Assembly: GCA_028534125.1 (NCBI GenBank)
Contig: CM052816.1
Coordinates: 22,570,001 to 22,634,000 of the forward strand
DNA length: 64,000 nucleotides
Direction: 5' to 3'
Source: Lama glama
Taxonomy: Eukaryota
The number at the start of each line of letters is the position of its first letter. Position 1 is the first letter of the stretch. Shown here in pieces: positions 63,606-64,000 of the stretch. The notes under the pieces were generated by a model that saw only the letters and a list, made by a program, of their open reading frames with translations, was not told the origin of the DNA and searched no databases. Both the position numbers and the translations under genes were made by a program.

Positions 63606-64000
63606 TGTGATAGCTAATTTTATGTGTCAACTTGACTGGACCATGGGGTGCTCAAATATTTGGCTAAATGTATTATGGGTACATCTGTGGGGCTGTTTTT
63701 GGATGAGATTAACATCTGAATCAGTAGACCGAGTAAAGCACACTGCCCCTCTCAATGGGGGTGGACCTCATCCAATCCGCTGAAAGCCTGAACAGAATAA
63801 AAAGGCTGAGTAAGAAAGAGTTCTGTCTGTCTGTCTTTGAGCTGGAACACTGGTCCTGTCCTGGACTAGAACTTACAGTAGATACTCTCCTGGTTCTCAG
63901 GGGACTCACACTGGAAGGAAAACATGGGCTCTCCTGGGTCTCTAGCTTGCTTACTGCAGCTCTTGGTACTTCTCAGCCATAATAATCACATGAGCTAATT
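63606..64000 (+). mobile_element. MLT2 (ERVL) LTR, runs off window
   Basis: tgtgatagctaattttatgtgtcaacttgactgg...ggatgagattaacatctgaatcagtagac. Confidence 0.9.

Overview
Mammalian genomic DNA, probably camelid (two tRNA-derived vic-1-like SINEs, cetartiodactyl-type L1 3' ends). It is AT-rich and repeat-dense, with two 500-N scaffold gaps. No intact protein-coding gene is supported; the ORF track is mostly noise or repeat-derived. Reading splice signals on the minus strand by hand gives a chain of about 27 mostly phase-compatible exons from ~53.75 kb down to ~1.6 kb (~3.6 kb of former CDS, ~1,200 codons) full of in-frame stops, i.e. an intron-containing pseudogene. Its conceptual product has a signal-peptide-like start, many N-glycosylation sequons, four repeats of a Cache/PDC-like motif resembling CACHD1 and alpha2delta but with no VWA insert, and a hydrophobic C-terminal tail. 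I do not recognise the gene; the family call is by eye and needs an HMM or structure search. A second, weaker set of decayed plus-strand exons (55.7-63.2 kb) lies head-to-head with it. Also present: a 436-bp poly(A)-tailed retrocopy with a perfect 18-bp TSD, nested L1s, ERV/MaLR LTRs, DNA-transposon relics and a false 199-bp duplication across the first gap.
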